Shown: positions 44,312 to 54,898 of the stretch, piece by piece | How positions within the stretch are numbered: position 1 is the first letter of the stretch | Layout: each line of letters starts with the position of its first letter | Virus record (IMG/VR): IMGVR_UViG_3300025121_000045 | Location: 1-64,000 of that record | Source of the DNA: a virus | Length of the DNA stretch: 64,000 nt | Strand: one strand, 5' to 3' | Notes under the pieces: generated by a model | The model's database searches: none | Seen by the model: the letters and a program-made list of their open reading frames with translations, nothing else | What the model was told of the DNA's origin: nothing | Position numbers and translations under genes: made by a program

Positions 44312-46800
44312 CCCATAATGACGTTAAATTTGAAGACTACACTTATGAAGAAGCTTATGAATCTTGTCTAAAATATTTCGCGGGAGATGCCTTAGCGGCG
44401 TCTACTGTCGTGAAGAAATATCTCTTAAAGGACAAACAAGAGGTTTTCCATGAAAAAACCCCTCTAGACATGCATCACAGGTTAGCATCAGAATTTGCAA
44501 GAATTGAAGCCAAGTATCCGAACCCATTATCTAAGGATGAGATATTTGGCATGCTTGATGAATTTTCAGAATTAGTTCCACAGGGTAGCCCCATGAGTGG
44601 AATAGGTAATCCATTTCAGACACAGAGTCTTAGTAACTGCTTCTTCGTAGAAACAGGAGACTCTTATGGGTACATCTGTAATACAGATCAACAACTAGCT
44701 CAAATATACAAAAGAAGAGGAGGTGTGGGAACAGATATTAGTGATATACGCCCTAAATACCTTCCCACTAGCAATGCGGCTAGGACTACAGAAGGCATTG
44801 TTCCTTACATGGAACGTTTTTCAAACACCACAAGAGAAGTAGGGCAGAACTCCAGACGGGGAGCTTTGATGATAAGTATAAGCTGTCATCATCCTCAAAT
44901 TTTAGACTTTATTCGAGTAAAGAGAGATAAGACAAAGGTCACAGGGGCTAACATATCTGTTAGATGGTCGGATGAGTTTCTAACAGCTGTTGAAAGTGAT
45001 GCAGACGTTGAGCTTAGATGGCCTGTTGATAGTAAGGACCCAACTTTTTCCAAATTTGTCAATGCTAAATCTATTTGGAATGAATTTATAGAATCAAATT
45101 GGGATTCTGCTGAACCAGGGTCTATGTTTTGGGACAATATTATCAAATATAGTCCTACTACATCATATGCAAAATATGGCTTTCTATCTAAAGGGACGAA
45201 CCCTTGTTCTGAAATACCCTTATGTCATCTAGACGCATGTCGTTTATTATTTGTCAATTTAACTAGTTGTGTCGTAAATGCTTTTACAGAACAGGCTTAT
45301 TTTGACTGGAACAAATTTGCAAAATTAGTGACTGCTGCACAGCGTTTGATGGATGATTTAGTAGATTTAGAAATAGAAGCTGTTGATAAAATTATTGCTA
45401 AAGTACAGTCTGACCCAGAACCAGAAGACATAAAATATACAGAGCTCAATCTTTGGAAGAAAACTAAAGAAAAAGGTATCCAAGGTAGGCGTACTGGACT
45501 TGGCGTAACCGCTTTGGGGGATGTTCTAGCCATGTTAGGGATAAGATATGGATCAGATGAATCTATATCTTTAACGGATCAATTATATAAAGAATTAGCT
45601 CTCAATGCATATAGATGTTCCATAACTTTAGCTCAAGAAAGAGGACCTTTTCCTATATGGGAATGGGAATTAGAAAAAGACAATGCATTCTTAAATAGAA
45701 TTTGGGAAGCCGATCCTATTTTAAGAGAATTAAATATAAAGCATGGAAGAAGAAATATTGCTTTATTGACTACCGCTCCAACTGGTACAGGATCTTTAGT
45801 TTCTAGAATATTGCCTGGATTGCATGGTACTACTTCAGGTATAGAGCCAGCATACCTTTTAGAATACAAAAGACGTAGAAAAATTGACCCTAATGATACG
45901 CATGCAAGGGTTGACTTCAAAGACGAACTTGGAGACAAATGGCAAGAGTATGTTGTATACCATCCTGGGTATACAGCTTGGATGAGTATAACAGGTAAAA
46001 ATAATATCCAAGATTCTCCTTATTACAAGTCTACCGCTAATGACATAGATTGGATGGCTTCTGTAATGTTGCAATCCGCAGCACAATATTGGGTAGATCA
46101 TTCTATCTCTAAAACTTGTAATGTACCAAAAGACATACCCAAAGAATTAATTTCAGAAATGTATTTGGCTGCATGGAAGGCTGGGTGTAAAGGGTTTACC
46201 ATTTACAGAGATGGATGTAGAACTGGGGTGCTTGTAAAAAATGAAGATACTGTAGATTCTATTACATATAAGGATGCCCCGAAAAGACCTTCAGAACTTC
46301 CGTGTGTTATACATCATTGGAAAGTAAAAGGACAGAAATGGACCATTATTGTGGGGATGTTAAGTGGTAGACCTTATGAGGTATTTGCAGGTCCCGCAGA
46401 CATAGTAGATATACCACCTACTATAACAGATGGATTTTTAATAAAACATTCTCGTAAATCTATGAACTCCAAATATGACTTACGATACGGAGATGATGGG
46501 TCTACAGTCCTTAAGAATATAGCTTCATGGTTCGAGCATAATGACTATGGCACTTTGAGCCGCATGGTCTCTATGAGCTTACGGCATGGTGTTCCAATAC
46601 AGTTCATTGTAGAGCAACTTCAGAAAGATCTTAATGACGATCTGTGGAGTTTTAACAATGTCCTCGCCAGGGTTTTGAAAACCTGGATTACAGATGGCAC
46701 TAAGAGATCTAAAGCATGTACAGAGTGTGGACAGGATAATTTAATCTATGAAGAAGGCTGTCTTCGCTGTTCAAACTGTGGTCATTCGAAATGTGGATAA
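44308..46800 (+). CDS. nrdJ: class II (adenosylcobalamin-dependent) ribonucleotide reductase
   Basis: SNCF, RRGA, TNPCSE, APTGT, SGIEP, SKT.N, KG.TIYRDG; C-terminal RP..L and zinc ribbon. Confidence 0.93.
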   Translation: MTHNDVKFEDYTYEEAYESCLKYFAGDALAASTVVKKYLLKDKQEVFHEKTPLDMHHRLASEFARIEAKYPNPLSKDEIFGMLDEFSELVPQGSPMSGIGNPFQTQSLSNCFFVETGDSYGYICNTDQQLAQIYKRRGGVGTDISDIRPKYLPTSNAARTTEGIVPYMERFSNTTREVGQNSRRGALMISISCHHPQILDFIRVKRDKTKVTGANISVRWSDEFLTAVESDADVELRWPVDSKDPTFSKFVNAKSIWNEFIESNWDSAEPGSMFWDNIIKYSPTTSYAKYGFLSKGTNPCSEIPLCHLDACRLLFVNLTSCVVNAFTEQAYFDWNKFAKLVTAAQRLMDDLVDLEIEAVDKIIAKVQSDPEPEDIKYTELNLWKKTKEKGIQGRRTGLGVTALGDVLAMLGIRYGSDESISLTDQLYKELALNAYRCSITLAQERGPFPIWEWELEKDNAFLNRIWEADPILRELNIKHGRRNIALLTTAPTGTGSLVSRILPGLHGTTSGIEPAYLLEYKRRRKIDPNDTHARVDFKDELGDKWQEYVVYHPGYTAWMSITGKNNIQDSPYYKSTANDIDWMASVMLQSAAQYWVDHSISKTCNVPKDIPKELISEMYLAAWKAGCKGFTIYRDGCRTGVLVKNEDTVDSITYKDAPKRPSELPCVIHHWKVKGQKWTIIVGMLSGRPYEVFAGPADIVDIPPTITDGFLIKHSRKSMNSKYDLRYGDDGSTVLKNIASWFEHNDYGTLSRMVSMSLRHGVPIQFIVEQLQKDLNDDLWSFNNVLARVLKTWITDGTKRSKACTECGQDNLIYEEGCLRCSNCGHSKCG

Positions 46801-46830
46801 ATTCTATAACAAAATCAAAGAGATACACAC

Positions 46831-47859
46831 ATGAGTAAAAAAGATTATTATGAGATATTGGGCGTAGACAGATCTTCAACTCAAGAGGATTTGAAGAAAG
46901 CCTATCGAAAACTGGCGTTACAATATCATCCTGACAGGAATCCTGACAACCAAGATGCGGAAGCTAAGTTCAAAGAAATATCTAATGCTTATGGTGTATT
47001 GTCTGATGAAGGCAAACGTGACGCATATAATAGGTTTGGTCCAGATTTAAAACCAGCCTATAATCCAATAGAGGAGGCATTCGCGGGTTTTGGAGATATA
47101 TTTGGAAGAATGTCTTCATTCAAAATGAAGTCTCGTGAAATGTCAGGCGAAGATATATCTTCTTCTATCTTTATCACATTAGAGGACATATTTAAGGGAT
47201 GTCAAAAAGAGATAAAGATAAAACAGCACCTACAATGTAAGACTTGCAAGAATACGGGTATAAAAGACGGAACGACACTAAAGCCTTGTTCTTTTTGCAA
47301 AGGCAATGGCTTTATGGCTCAAAGACTAGGGGCTATAAATATCCAACAAACATGCACGATGTGTAAAGGGGTTGGGACTACATATGAAAGGTGTGAATCT
47401 TGTAATGGGACCGGTTTAGAAACTCCTGCTATTACAAAGACCTTAAAAATAACCATACCTAAAGGCATCCAAGATGGTAATACCTTGAGATTAACCGGAG
47501 AAGGGGATCAGGGTAGATGTGGTGGACCACCTGGGGACTTATACATAAAAATAAGGGTTAAAGAACACCTACACTTTAAGATAGAGGGTCAAGATTTATA
47601 TTATCGACTATCTGTAAAACTGTCAGACATATTACTAGGTACGGACAAAGAGATACCTTTATTGGATGGGCCTATAAAGCTGACTTTACCCAAGGGTACT
47701 AATTTAGACCATACCTTTGTTCTCAAAGAGAAAGGGTTACCATCTTTTAGATCTGATGAAAAAGGGTCATTAATAGTACAGTTGCATCTTAATGTTCCGT
47801 CTGTGTTAACTCACGAACAAGAAGAACTAATAAGATCCTTAGCGAAAGTTGGTTTATGA
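46831..47859 (+). CDS. dnaJ: molecular chaperone DnaJ
   Basis: [11 protein letters not shown], four CxxCxGxG-like repeats, GDLY. Confidence 0.95.
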   Translation: MSKKDYYEILGVDRSSTQEDLKKAYRKLALQYHPDRNPDNQDAEAKFKEISNAYGVLSDEGKRDAYNRFGPDLKPAYNPIEEAFAGFGDIFGRMSSFKMKSREMSGEDISSSIFITLEDIFKGCQKEIKIKQHLQCKTCKNTGIKDGTTLKPCSFCKGNGFMAQRLGAINIQQTCTMCKGVGTTYERCESCNGTGLETPAITKTLKITIPKGIQDGNTLRLTGEGDQGRCGGPPGDLYIKIRVKEHLHFKIEGQDLYYRLSVKLSDILLGTDKEIPLLDGPIKLTLPKGTNLDHTFVLKEKGLPSFRSDEKGSLIVQLHLNVPSVLTHEQEELIRSLAKVGL

Positions 47860-48677
47860 GTATAGAAAGACCTGTATTAGCTTATCCCGGGGGTAAGTGG
47901 AGGATAGCTCCCTGGATCCTACAACATGCACCTTCACATACATATTATGTTGAGCCTTTCGGAGGAGGTGGTAGTGTTCTCTTATCTAAATCCAGAAGTA
48001 GATATGAGATTTACAATGACATCAACAAAGAAGTCGTATGTCTGTTTCGCGTGTTGAGAGACAACCCGGATGAATTCATCCGGAAAGTAGAACTTACTCC
48101 GTACTCTAGAGTAGAATATGAGATAGCTTTTGAAGATACCCTTGAAGATATAGAAATAGCTAGAAGACTTTTATATAGGGTCTCTGCTTCTTTTGGAACA
48201 GAAGGAGTCCTTAAAAATAAAGGCACATGGTTATATTCGAAATATAGAGAACACGCTTTAACTTGGAGCTATTTGGCTGATCATCTCTTGTCTTATACGG
48301 AAAGATTGAAAGGTGTGTACATAGAATGCAAAGACGGTTTAGAAGTTATCCAACAGTGGGACGATAAAGACACCTGGCATTATGTGGATCCTCCCTATGT
48401 ATTAGACTCTAGAGTCGAGTCACAAGTTTACTCAAATGAAATGACAGATGATAATCATAAAAAATTATCAGATGTTCTTCATCAAGCCAAGGGTAAGATA
48501 AGTCTCTCCGGGTATAATACCCCTTTATATGAAGACCTATATAAAGGGTGGCATAAGATCGAAAAAGAAGTACAAGTCTGGGGTCATAAGAGTGATGGAA
48601 CTAGAGCAAAACGTATAGAGTGTTTGTGGATGAATTATACCCCAGAAACAGAAGACCTTCCATTCTTCAATTTATAG
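47856..48677 (+). CDS. dam: DNA adenine methyltransferase (D12 class)
   Basis: [26 protein letters not shown]. Confidence 0.9.
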   Translation: MSIERPVLAYPGGKWRIAPWILQHAPSHTYYVEPFGGGGSVLLSKSRSRYEIYNDINKEVVCLFRVLRDNPDEFIRKVELTPYSRVEYEIAFEDTLEDIEIARRLLYRVSASFGTEGVLKNKGTWLYSKYREHALTWSYLADHLLSYTERLKGVYIECKDGLEVIQQWDDKDTWHYVDPPYVLDSRVESQVYSNEMTDDNHKKLSDVLHQAKGKISLSGYNTPLYEDLYKGWHKIEKEVQVWGHKSDGTRAKRIECLWMNYTPETEDLPFFNL

Positions 48678-48944
48678 TGTTGAAAATCTGGCCTGATAAA
48701 CGGCTCTAGACAATTCTTTGAATTTCTTTGACTTTAATTTCTTAACCATACCTTCAAGGGAACCCTGACCTTCGAGTTGCAAAGTTAGCCATCTACGAGA
48801 GGTACGGTCTGTAAAATTTTTATCAAAAATACCCCAGTCCTTGGGATTGAAAAAGTCCATCACTTCATCAAAACAGTCTTTAGGGAGAATTATTACTTTA
48901 GACCCAACGTTAACAAAAAACTCTTTTTCCATGAAGGTCTCCAA
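48672..48944 (-). CDS. hypothetical protein
   Basis: GGAG SD; minus-strand promoter motif at 48975-49002. Confidence 0.65.
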   Translation of the reverse strand: METFMEKEFFVNVGSKVIILPKDCFDEVMDFFNPKDWGIFDKNFTDRTSRRWLTLQLEGQGSLEGMVKKLKSKKFKELSRAVYQARFSTL

Positions 48945-49007
48945 TTGTGACGGTATAATATAGGTTATCTAACTAACGACTTAAGGTTAAAATAAATCAG
49001 AGGAAAT

Positions 49008-49580
49008 ATGGACCTACAAGAATATTCTAAACTGGCATCCCTAACGGCTCTTTATCCTAATAGAGGGTCTAACCTATCTTATGCGGTTCTAGGCTTAGCT
49101 GGGGAGTCTGGAGAGGTGGCGGGTAAAATAGCTAATTATCTTAGTACAAATACCACCTTTACAGATGACCAAAAACAAAACATTAAAAAAGAGCTTGGGG
49201 ATGTATTATGGTATATAAACGCCTCTTTTCATGAAGCGGGGTTAGATTTTATCTATACATCTTTAGATGATGTTTTAAATACTATGGAGGATGTAGAAAT
49301 AATAAAAGACAGTGATATATGGGTCCCTTTTTTAAAACTAACTGAAGCATCTGGAAAAGTTTCAGAAAGAACAAAAAAGTTGATGAGGGATCATGGAGGG
49401 ATAATTACAGAATCCTATAGAGAACTTATTAGATATGATTTACTAAAGGTACTTAGAATATTAGGGTTATGTGGCTCTATTATAGGGTACTCGTTAGAAG
49501 ATATAGCATTTACTAATATACATAAATTGTTTGATAGAGGATTGAGGAATAAGATAAAAGGGGACGGGGACAATAGATGA
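49008..49580 (+). CDS. MazG-like NTP pyrophosphohydrolase (duplicated helical repeat)
   Basis: LGLAGESGEV, KELGDVLWY, NI.KL.DR..R..I.GDGDNR. Confidence 0.85.
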   Translation: MDLQEYSKLASLTALYPNRGSNLSYAVLGLAGESGEVAGKIANYLSTNTTFTDDQKQNIKKELGDVLWYINASFHEAGLDFIYTSLDDVLNTMEDVEIIKDSDIWVPFLKLTEASGKVSERTKKLMRDHGGIITESYRELIRYDLLKVLRILGLCGSIIGYSLEDIAFTNIHKLFDRGLRNKIKGDGDNR

Positions 49581-49846
49581 TATCTGTCTTGGCGTCTAAG
49601 ACAGATAATGATGTGGTCATATATTCTGTGTTAGTACCAGAGATGAATAAGACCTATAATTTTGAAGTACGGGATCCTAAGCTAATACCCAATGCCTATC
49701 TAATATCTTGTTGTGATTTTGACAGAGAGTGTATTTTTGATAATAAGAATGGTGATTGGGATTACTGGCACTCTGTCTACAAGGCGGTTGGGAAACATCA
49801 TAGATCTGTTATTCAATCCCCCAAAATCGATACGCATTCGCAATAG
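49577..49846 (+). CDS. hypothetical protein
   Basis: ATGA overlap. Confidence 0.5.
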   Translation: MISVLASKTDNDVVIYSVLVPEMNKTYNFEVRDPKLIPNAYLISCCDFDRECIFDNKNGDWDYWHSVYKAVGKHHRSVIQSPKIDTHSQ

Positions 49847-50156
49847 CTTGACGCATTTTCGGGTTGGCGACACTGTTATCGCTGTGTGCAAAGATCTGAA
49901 GGGGTTTGAGAAGTCCTGGCGATGAGTTGTAACGTGTCTGAAAAGCCTGCTCTTCAATCCAACAGGCTACCTCATATCCTTCTCTTTGTCCATCTCCAAG
50001 GTCGTTATCCAAAGAAATACTTTCTACCCCACCAGCCTCGAGGAGTAAAATAGCTTCTTCAACGGTCTTCACCCACACTTCGTCTCCGCAAGCCCCATAG
50101 TGGATCTGGTAATATTCTTCTGTAGGGTTTCTAATGTCGTCGAGCCAAATTTTCAT
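49809..50156 (-). CDS. cyclic-phosphate-processing receiver-like protein
   Basis: KIWLDD.R.P, ISLDNDLG, GYEVA.WIEE, HS.N; minus-strand promoter motif at 50189-50216. Confidence 0.8.
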   Translation of the reverse strand: MKIWLDDIRNPTEEYYQIHYGACGDEVWVKTVEEAILLLEAGGVESISLDNDLGDGQREGYEVACWIEEQAFQTRYNSSPGLLKPLQIFAHSDNSVANPKMRQAIANAYRFWGIE

Positions 50157-50225
50157 AAAGGTCTTCCCTATTTTATAGTTTAAAGATAAACGTAACACAC
50201 ATAATTATTTTCAGAGAGGATTTGT

Positions 50226-50669
50226 ATGTCGGGTTTACTAAAAGAAATACAACAAGAATTGGATCTGCTAGCTATGGAAGACCAGGCCAAACGACTTAAT
50301 GAAGAGATTAATTATACTGAAACACAATCTTGGATAATAAAACGTTCAGAAGAAGAGTTTGTTTTGTTGATGCCCATTATAAAGGACGGAATCAAAAAAC
50401 TGATTCTTACTAAAGAGTGGACAATAACCCTTGTTGGAGGGTGGCATTTATACAAACACGAGTATAAGTACAATGTATTAACCTTTAGTATTAGTCCACC
50501 TCATTATTCTGATTTACAATTAGCTATGTTGAGTTTGATAAAAACAGAGTTACAGAAAGACGGAATGACTGTTGAGTTTAAAAGTGAATTGTGCGAAGGA
50601 GCCAATGAAGGGGAAGACGTCTCTTGGCGTGCCAAGTTAAATGTTAAATTAGATTTAGGGAATGTTTGA
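50226..50669 (+). CDS. hypothetical protein
   Basis: GAGGA SD. Confidence 0.65.
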   Translation: MSGLLKEIQQELDLLAMEDQAKRLNEEINYTETQSWIIKRSEEEFVLLMPIIKDGIKKLILTKEWTITLVGGWHLYKHEYKYNVLTFSISPPHYSDLQLAMLSLIKTELQKDGMTVEFKSELCEGANEGEDVSWRAKLNVKLDLGNV

Positions 50670-51145
50670 TGTATTTGATAAAAGATCCATATTATTTAAG
50701 CAGACAAGTCCTTTTTGATGTGAAAGAACATCAAGTCCCAGGGCTTATACAAAATATCAAAGCCATGATCACGCTATGTCGAAATAATGGTTTAGAAAAC
50801 ATGAGTGCTCCAGAAGCAGGTCTACCTTATAAATTTTTTATTGCCAAAAATCCTGACCCAAGAGATCCAGATTTTGAAGTAGTTTTCTCACCAAAAATAA
50901 TGGCTACATCTGAAGAAGAATCCGAGATAGAAGAACTATTTGTATCTGGAAACAGAGGTGTTGTAGTCAGGTATAATGTAATAGAAATGGAATGGTTTCA
51001 TCACAATGGTAGAAAATTTGAAAAGAAATCTGGAGTGTTTGAAGGAGAGCTAGCCTTCATAGCTCAAAAGCATTGTGAGAGATTAGACCGTATGTATAGA
51101 ATACCGAACGACATAATAACTTCGAATTCAACCCAAACAAATTGA
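50666..51145 (+). CDS. peptide-deformylase-like protein, catalytic motifs degenerate
   Basis: DP..L, MSAPEAG, V.RY..I, AFIAQKHCERL in place of QHE.DHL. Confidence 0.7.
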   Translation: MMYLIKDPYYLSRQVLFDVKEHQVPGLIQNIKAMITLCRNNGLENMSAPEAGLPYKFFIAKNPDPRDPDFEVVFSPKIMATSEEESEIEELFVSGNRGVVVRYNVIEMEWFHHNGRKFEKKSGVFEGELAFIAQKHCERLDRMYRIPNDIITSNSTQTN

Positions 51146-51154
51146 GATTGTGTA

Positions 51155-51418
51155 ATGATTACATCCCTTGGCCCACTTGTAGAGGGTAAGCTCATACTCA
51201 TATCTAGTGATAGATGGGCTATTGTTCAAGATAAAGGACCGCATATATTTGTAGATGATCTTCTGAAGAAGATGCAGGGGAAGAACGTTAGACTGATACT
51301 AACGGATCTTGACGTATTAGAAGGTCTCGTAAATATAGGATTGAAGCAAGGTCAAGAAACGCAGTTTATAGAAAACATGAGTTCAGAACAAATAACTCAA
51401 TTGGTGAAAAATGTCTGA
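51155..51418 (+). CDS. hypothetical protein
   Basis: ORF in operon. Confidence 0.55.
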   Translation: MITSLGPLVEGKLILISSDRWAIVQDKGPHIFVDDLLKKMQGKNVRLILTDLDVLEGLVNIGLKQGQETQFIENMSSEQITQLVKNV

Positions 51419-52058
51419 AGAATACACTGAACTATTTAATGATCCCTCCATAGATGTGAATAACCGTACCGACGAGTTAGTACATCTTATCAAATACCAC
51501 AGAAATCTATATTATAATGACACATCGGTTATTTCGGATGAGGAGTTTGATGCATATGTAGATGAGCTTCGAGAGCTAGACCCATCCCACAAAGTCTTGT
51601 TCGAAGTAGGGTCTAACACTCCTGATGATAGTCCATGGAAGACTGGACGTCACGGGATCGCTATGACTTCTTTGGATAAGGTAAACTCCAAAGAAGAGAT
51701 TAGAGATTGGGTTCGTAAGAGAAACGTTAAGTGGCTGTGTCCACAAGAGAAGTTGGATGGATTTTCTTGCTTTGATGGAGATACTAAAATTTGGTTGGCA
51801 AACGGGGAGACTGTACCAATTAGAGATTTAGTAGAAGAAAACACACCTACTCAAATATTGTCTTGGAATCAAGATAAAGGCATCCATATATCTGAAGCAA
51901 TACATTTTATAGATAATGGTTTGAAAGATAATTGGATTAAATTGACTTTTGAGGATGGGTCTACCGTATCTGTAACAGAGGAACATCTATTTTTTGTTGA
52001 AGGTGAAGGTTGGATAGAGGCAAAACATTTGCTAAACAAAGATATAAAACAATTTTAA
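51411..52058 (+). CDS. ligA: NAD-dependent DNA ligase part 1 + split intein N half (51768-52058)
   Basis: YYN....ISD.EFD, MTSLDK, EKLDG then CFDGDT...VTEEH.F....GW.EA..L. Confidence 0.92.
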   Translation: MSEEYTELFNDPSIDVNNRTDELVHLIKYHRNLYYNDTSVISDEEFDAYVDELRELDPSHKVLFEVGSNTPDDSPWKTGRHGIAMTSLDKVNSKEEIRDWVRKRNVKWLCPQEKLDGFSCFDGDTKIWLANGETVPIRDLVEENTPTQILSWNQDKGIHISEAIHFIDNGLKDNWIKLTFEDGSTVSVTEEHLFFVEGEGWIEAKHLLNKDIKQF

Positions 52059-52112
52059 TAGTCAATTTATATATACCTCCCATCGACAGTTTTAATTAAC
52101 TATGGAGGGTGT

Positions 52113-53057
52113 ATGTTAGGAGGAGACCTATGGGTAATCGATCATTTATCACAAATAAAGGGACAAGGACATACTAAAGAAGGAATGGTTTTTGTTAAAA
52201 GAGTGAAGCAAGAAAATGGAAAGATAGCTATAATATGTGATGTATGTGGTTTAGAAGAGTTAGTGGTAGGAGACATTCCACATATTAGATTAATGTTTGG
52301 GAGGGCAAACAATTCAATACAAAAATGGGGACATCACAAATGTCTTAAGTGTGCAAATTTAGCTCGAGATAAATCTAGATTAATAACAATGTCTAAACCA
52401 GAATGGAAACAACAACAAAAGTTAAAACCTTCTTGGCAATCTAGAGCGGATGAAAATTTAGTAAAAAAATGGAAAGAAAACATAGGCAGTGCTAACAAAA
52501 ATACTTGGGGTAAAAGAACTAAAGAAGAAAAATTTTTGCATGCAAGAAAATATTGGGACTCCTTAACAGAAGAACAAAAAGAAAGAAGAGCTAAAAAGAT
52601 TGGTGTTTGGGCTAAAAGTTTTTGGGAGAATTTAACACCTCAAGAACGAATATTACATGTGGAAAAATGCGTTAAAGGTTTGCCTAGATCCAAAGCTTCT
52701 GAAGTTTTTAAACAGTCTTTAGTAAAACATGACCTCTATGACGGGTTTCAAAGTGAGATTGGAATTGCAGGCTATATTGTAGATGAGGCTAATGTTGACA
52801 AAAAATTAGTAGTAGAATTTTTTGGTGATTTTTATCATTGCAATCCAAGAATATATTCTTCAGACTTTTTTAATCGAACTTTACAAATGACCTCTTCTGA
52901 AAAATGGGAGTATGATAGAAGGCGTTTAGGTGCTATTAGAGCCTGTGGTTATGATATTTTGATTATTTGGGAAAACGAATGGACTGTTTCCCCTGAAAAA
53001 TCTTTAAATAAAATGAGGAAATTTATAAATGAAAGTCGTGAAAGTGGAAAAAGTTGA
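52113..53057 (+). mobile_element. free-standing Vsr/DUF559-like homing endonuclease gene
   Basis: VDE....KLVVEFFGDFYHCNP...D..R...I...GY..L.IWE.EW. Confidence 0.85.
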
Positions 53058-53967
53058 AGGGACCAGAAAAGCATATGATCTCACTATTAAAAATACTCAT
53101 TGTTATTTTGTAGGTCCTGGAGTATTAGCGCATAATTGTTCTTTTACGTATGTAGACGGAGTGTTACAGCGTGTACTTACTCGAGGCGGTGGAGAAGAAG
53201 GGGAAGACATCACACGTAATGCTCTAAAAATGAGAGGTGTAAAGCGGGTTTTGTCTACTCGCTTTACCGGGGATCTTCGGGGCGAGGCAATGTTTGTTGC
53301 TCCGGAATTTGCCGCATACAATGCAAAAGCGGCATCCACTAAGAATTGGACTGTTTTCAAAAATATGAGGAACGGGGCTTCTGGACTTGCCAGAAGACAT
53401 AGCGGAGATGGTGTTGAGTTCTTACGAGTTTTCTTTTATGAATTGAAGAGTGATGTGTTAGACTTTGACTCTCATTTTGAGAAAATGTCCTACTTACGAA
53501 AAATTCTTGGACTTTGGACTCCGTGGTATGCTCGTGTTGATCTAAAAGGTCTTGAAGAGATTTATGATAAATACGAATCAGAGATTCGAGAAAATCTAAT
53601 TTATGAGATAGATGGACTGGTTATCAAAGTAGACTCAGCTTCAGAATGTGAAGACATCGAATCAACTATGCAAACCAGTTCTAGAACTACTGCAAATCCC
53701 AAATCTCAAGTAGCTTGGAAGTTCATGGCGGAGACCAGAGTTACTACCTTGCTTGATGTCGAATGGGAATTTGGACTGGGGGGGAGAATAACTCCTGTAG
53801 CTATTTTAAGTCCTGTTATGATCGGAGGCGTAGAAGTTAGGAGAGCTTCTTTATCTACATTTTCTCGTGTAGCAACACTTAAATTATGGAAAGGGTGTAA
53901 AGTATTAATTTCAAGAAGAAATGATGTGATTCCATATTTGGAGAAAAATCTTGAAATTAATATGTGA
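53029..53967 (+). CDS. ligA: split intein C half (53029-53136) + DNA ligase part 2 (adenylation and OB domains)
   Basis: MKVVKVE...YDLTI...H.YF...VLAHN/C; TRG.G..GEDIT, RGE, N.RNGA.G, DGLVIK, AWKF, G.ITPVA, RRNDVIP. Confidence 0.92.
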   Translation: MKVVKVEKVEGTRKAYDLTIKNTHCYFVGPGVLAHNCSFTYVDGVLQRVLTRGGGEEGEDITRNALKMRGVKRVLSTRFTGDLRGEAMFVAPEFAAYNAKAASTKNWTVFKNMRNGASGLARRHSGDGVEFLRVFFYELKSDVLDFDSHFEKMSYLRKILGLWTPWYARVDLKGLEEIYDKYESEIRENLIYEIDGLVIKVDSASECEDIESTMQTSSRTTANPKSQVAWKFMAETRVTTLLDVEWEFGLGGRITPVAILSPVMIGGVEVRRASLSTFSRVATLKLWKGCKVLISRRNDVIPYLEKNLEINM

Positions 53968-54898
53968 TATGTGTCATATAAAATTACTTCGTCCACACCC
54001 TAAGAGGAATTTTTGTATTAACTGTTTACCTAAGGCACGTAGGGAAAGAGAACGATTACTATATGGTATAAAAGTAGTAGATCCTTTAACATGCCCTGTA
54101 TGTGGTTTTATGACATCCTTTATAACTACACAGCATATAAAAGAACACGGTTTTCTAACCCCAGAAGATTTTAAAAAAGAATTTAATTTACCATATCTTC
54201 AATCGGAATCTTTTAGAAAAGTACAAAGTGAAAGAAATAGCAAAAATAACCCAATGATGAAAGGTCATACAAAAGAGTCTAAAGATAAAATATCTAAAAA
54301 TAGAACTGGTAAAGGTATCGGAATAGTAGGAAAATATGTAAGAACACCTGAAATAAGAGCAAAGATATCCGTTGGAGTAGCTCAAGCATATATAGAAGGC
54401 AGATTGATAACGTCTTCGTATCCAAAGGGGAATGCAGAATGGGTTAGATCTAAGAAAGCAGGACTTGTTTTTGTTAGGTCATCTTGGGAAAAACGTATAT
54501 TAAAAATATTAGATTTACACCCATATGTTTTAGCTGTAGAATATGAGCCATGTAGAATATCATATGAGTTTGAAGGTAGGACTAAAAGCTATATTCCAGA
54601 TTTTTTAGTATATTTTGATGGTATGATAAAAGAACTATGGGAAATAAAACCTGACTATTTAATAAAAGATTCAAAAAATTTAGCTAAAACCATAGCATTA
54701 AATGAATATATTAAAAGAATGAATTATAACGGTAGAATAGTAGATTTAGCTCAAATAGAAAATATGGAAAGAGAAGTTGGTATATTACCTTGGAATGGAA
54801 AAGGTCATTCTTGGTCAGACTTTGATAATTCTGCTGTTAAAACACATTTAGAATATTTAAAACATTTTAATGAAGATCTTTTTGAAGGAGATTTATGA
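53951..54898 (+). mobile_element. homing endonuclease gene, TnsA-like PD-(D/E)XK domain with NUMOD3-like repeats
   Basis: HT.ESK.KIS, RSSWE, YEP..I.Y, YIPDFLV, EIKP. Confidence 0.82.
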
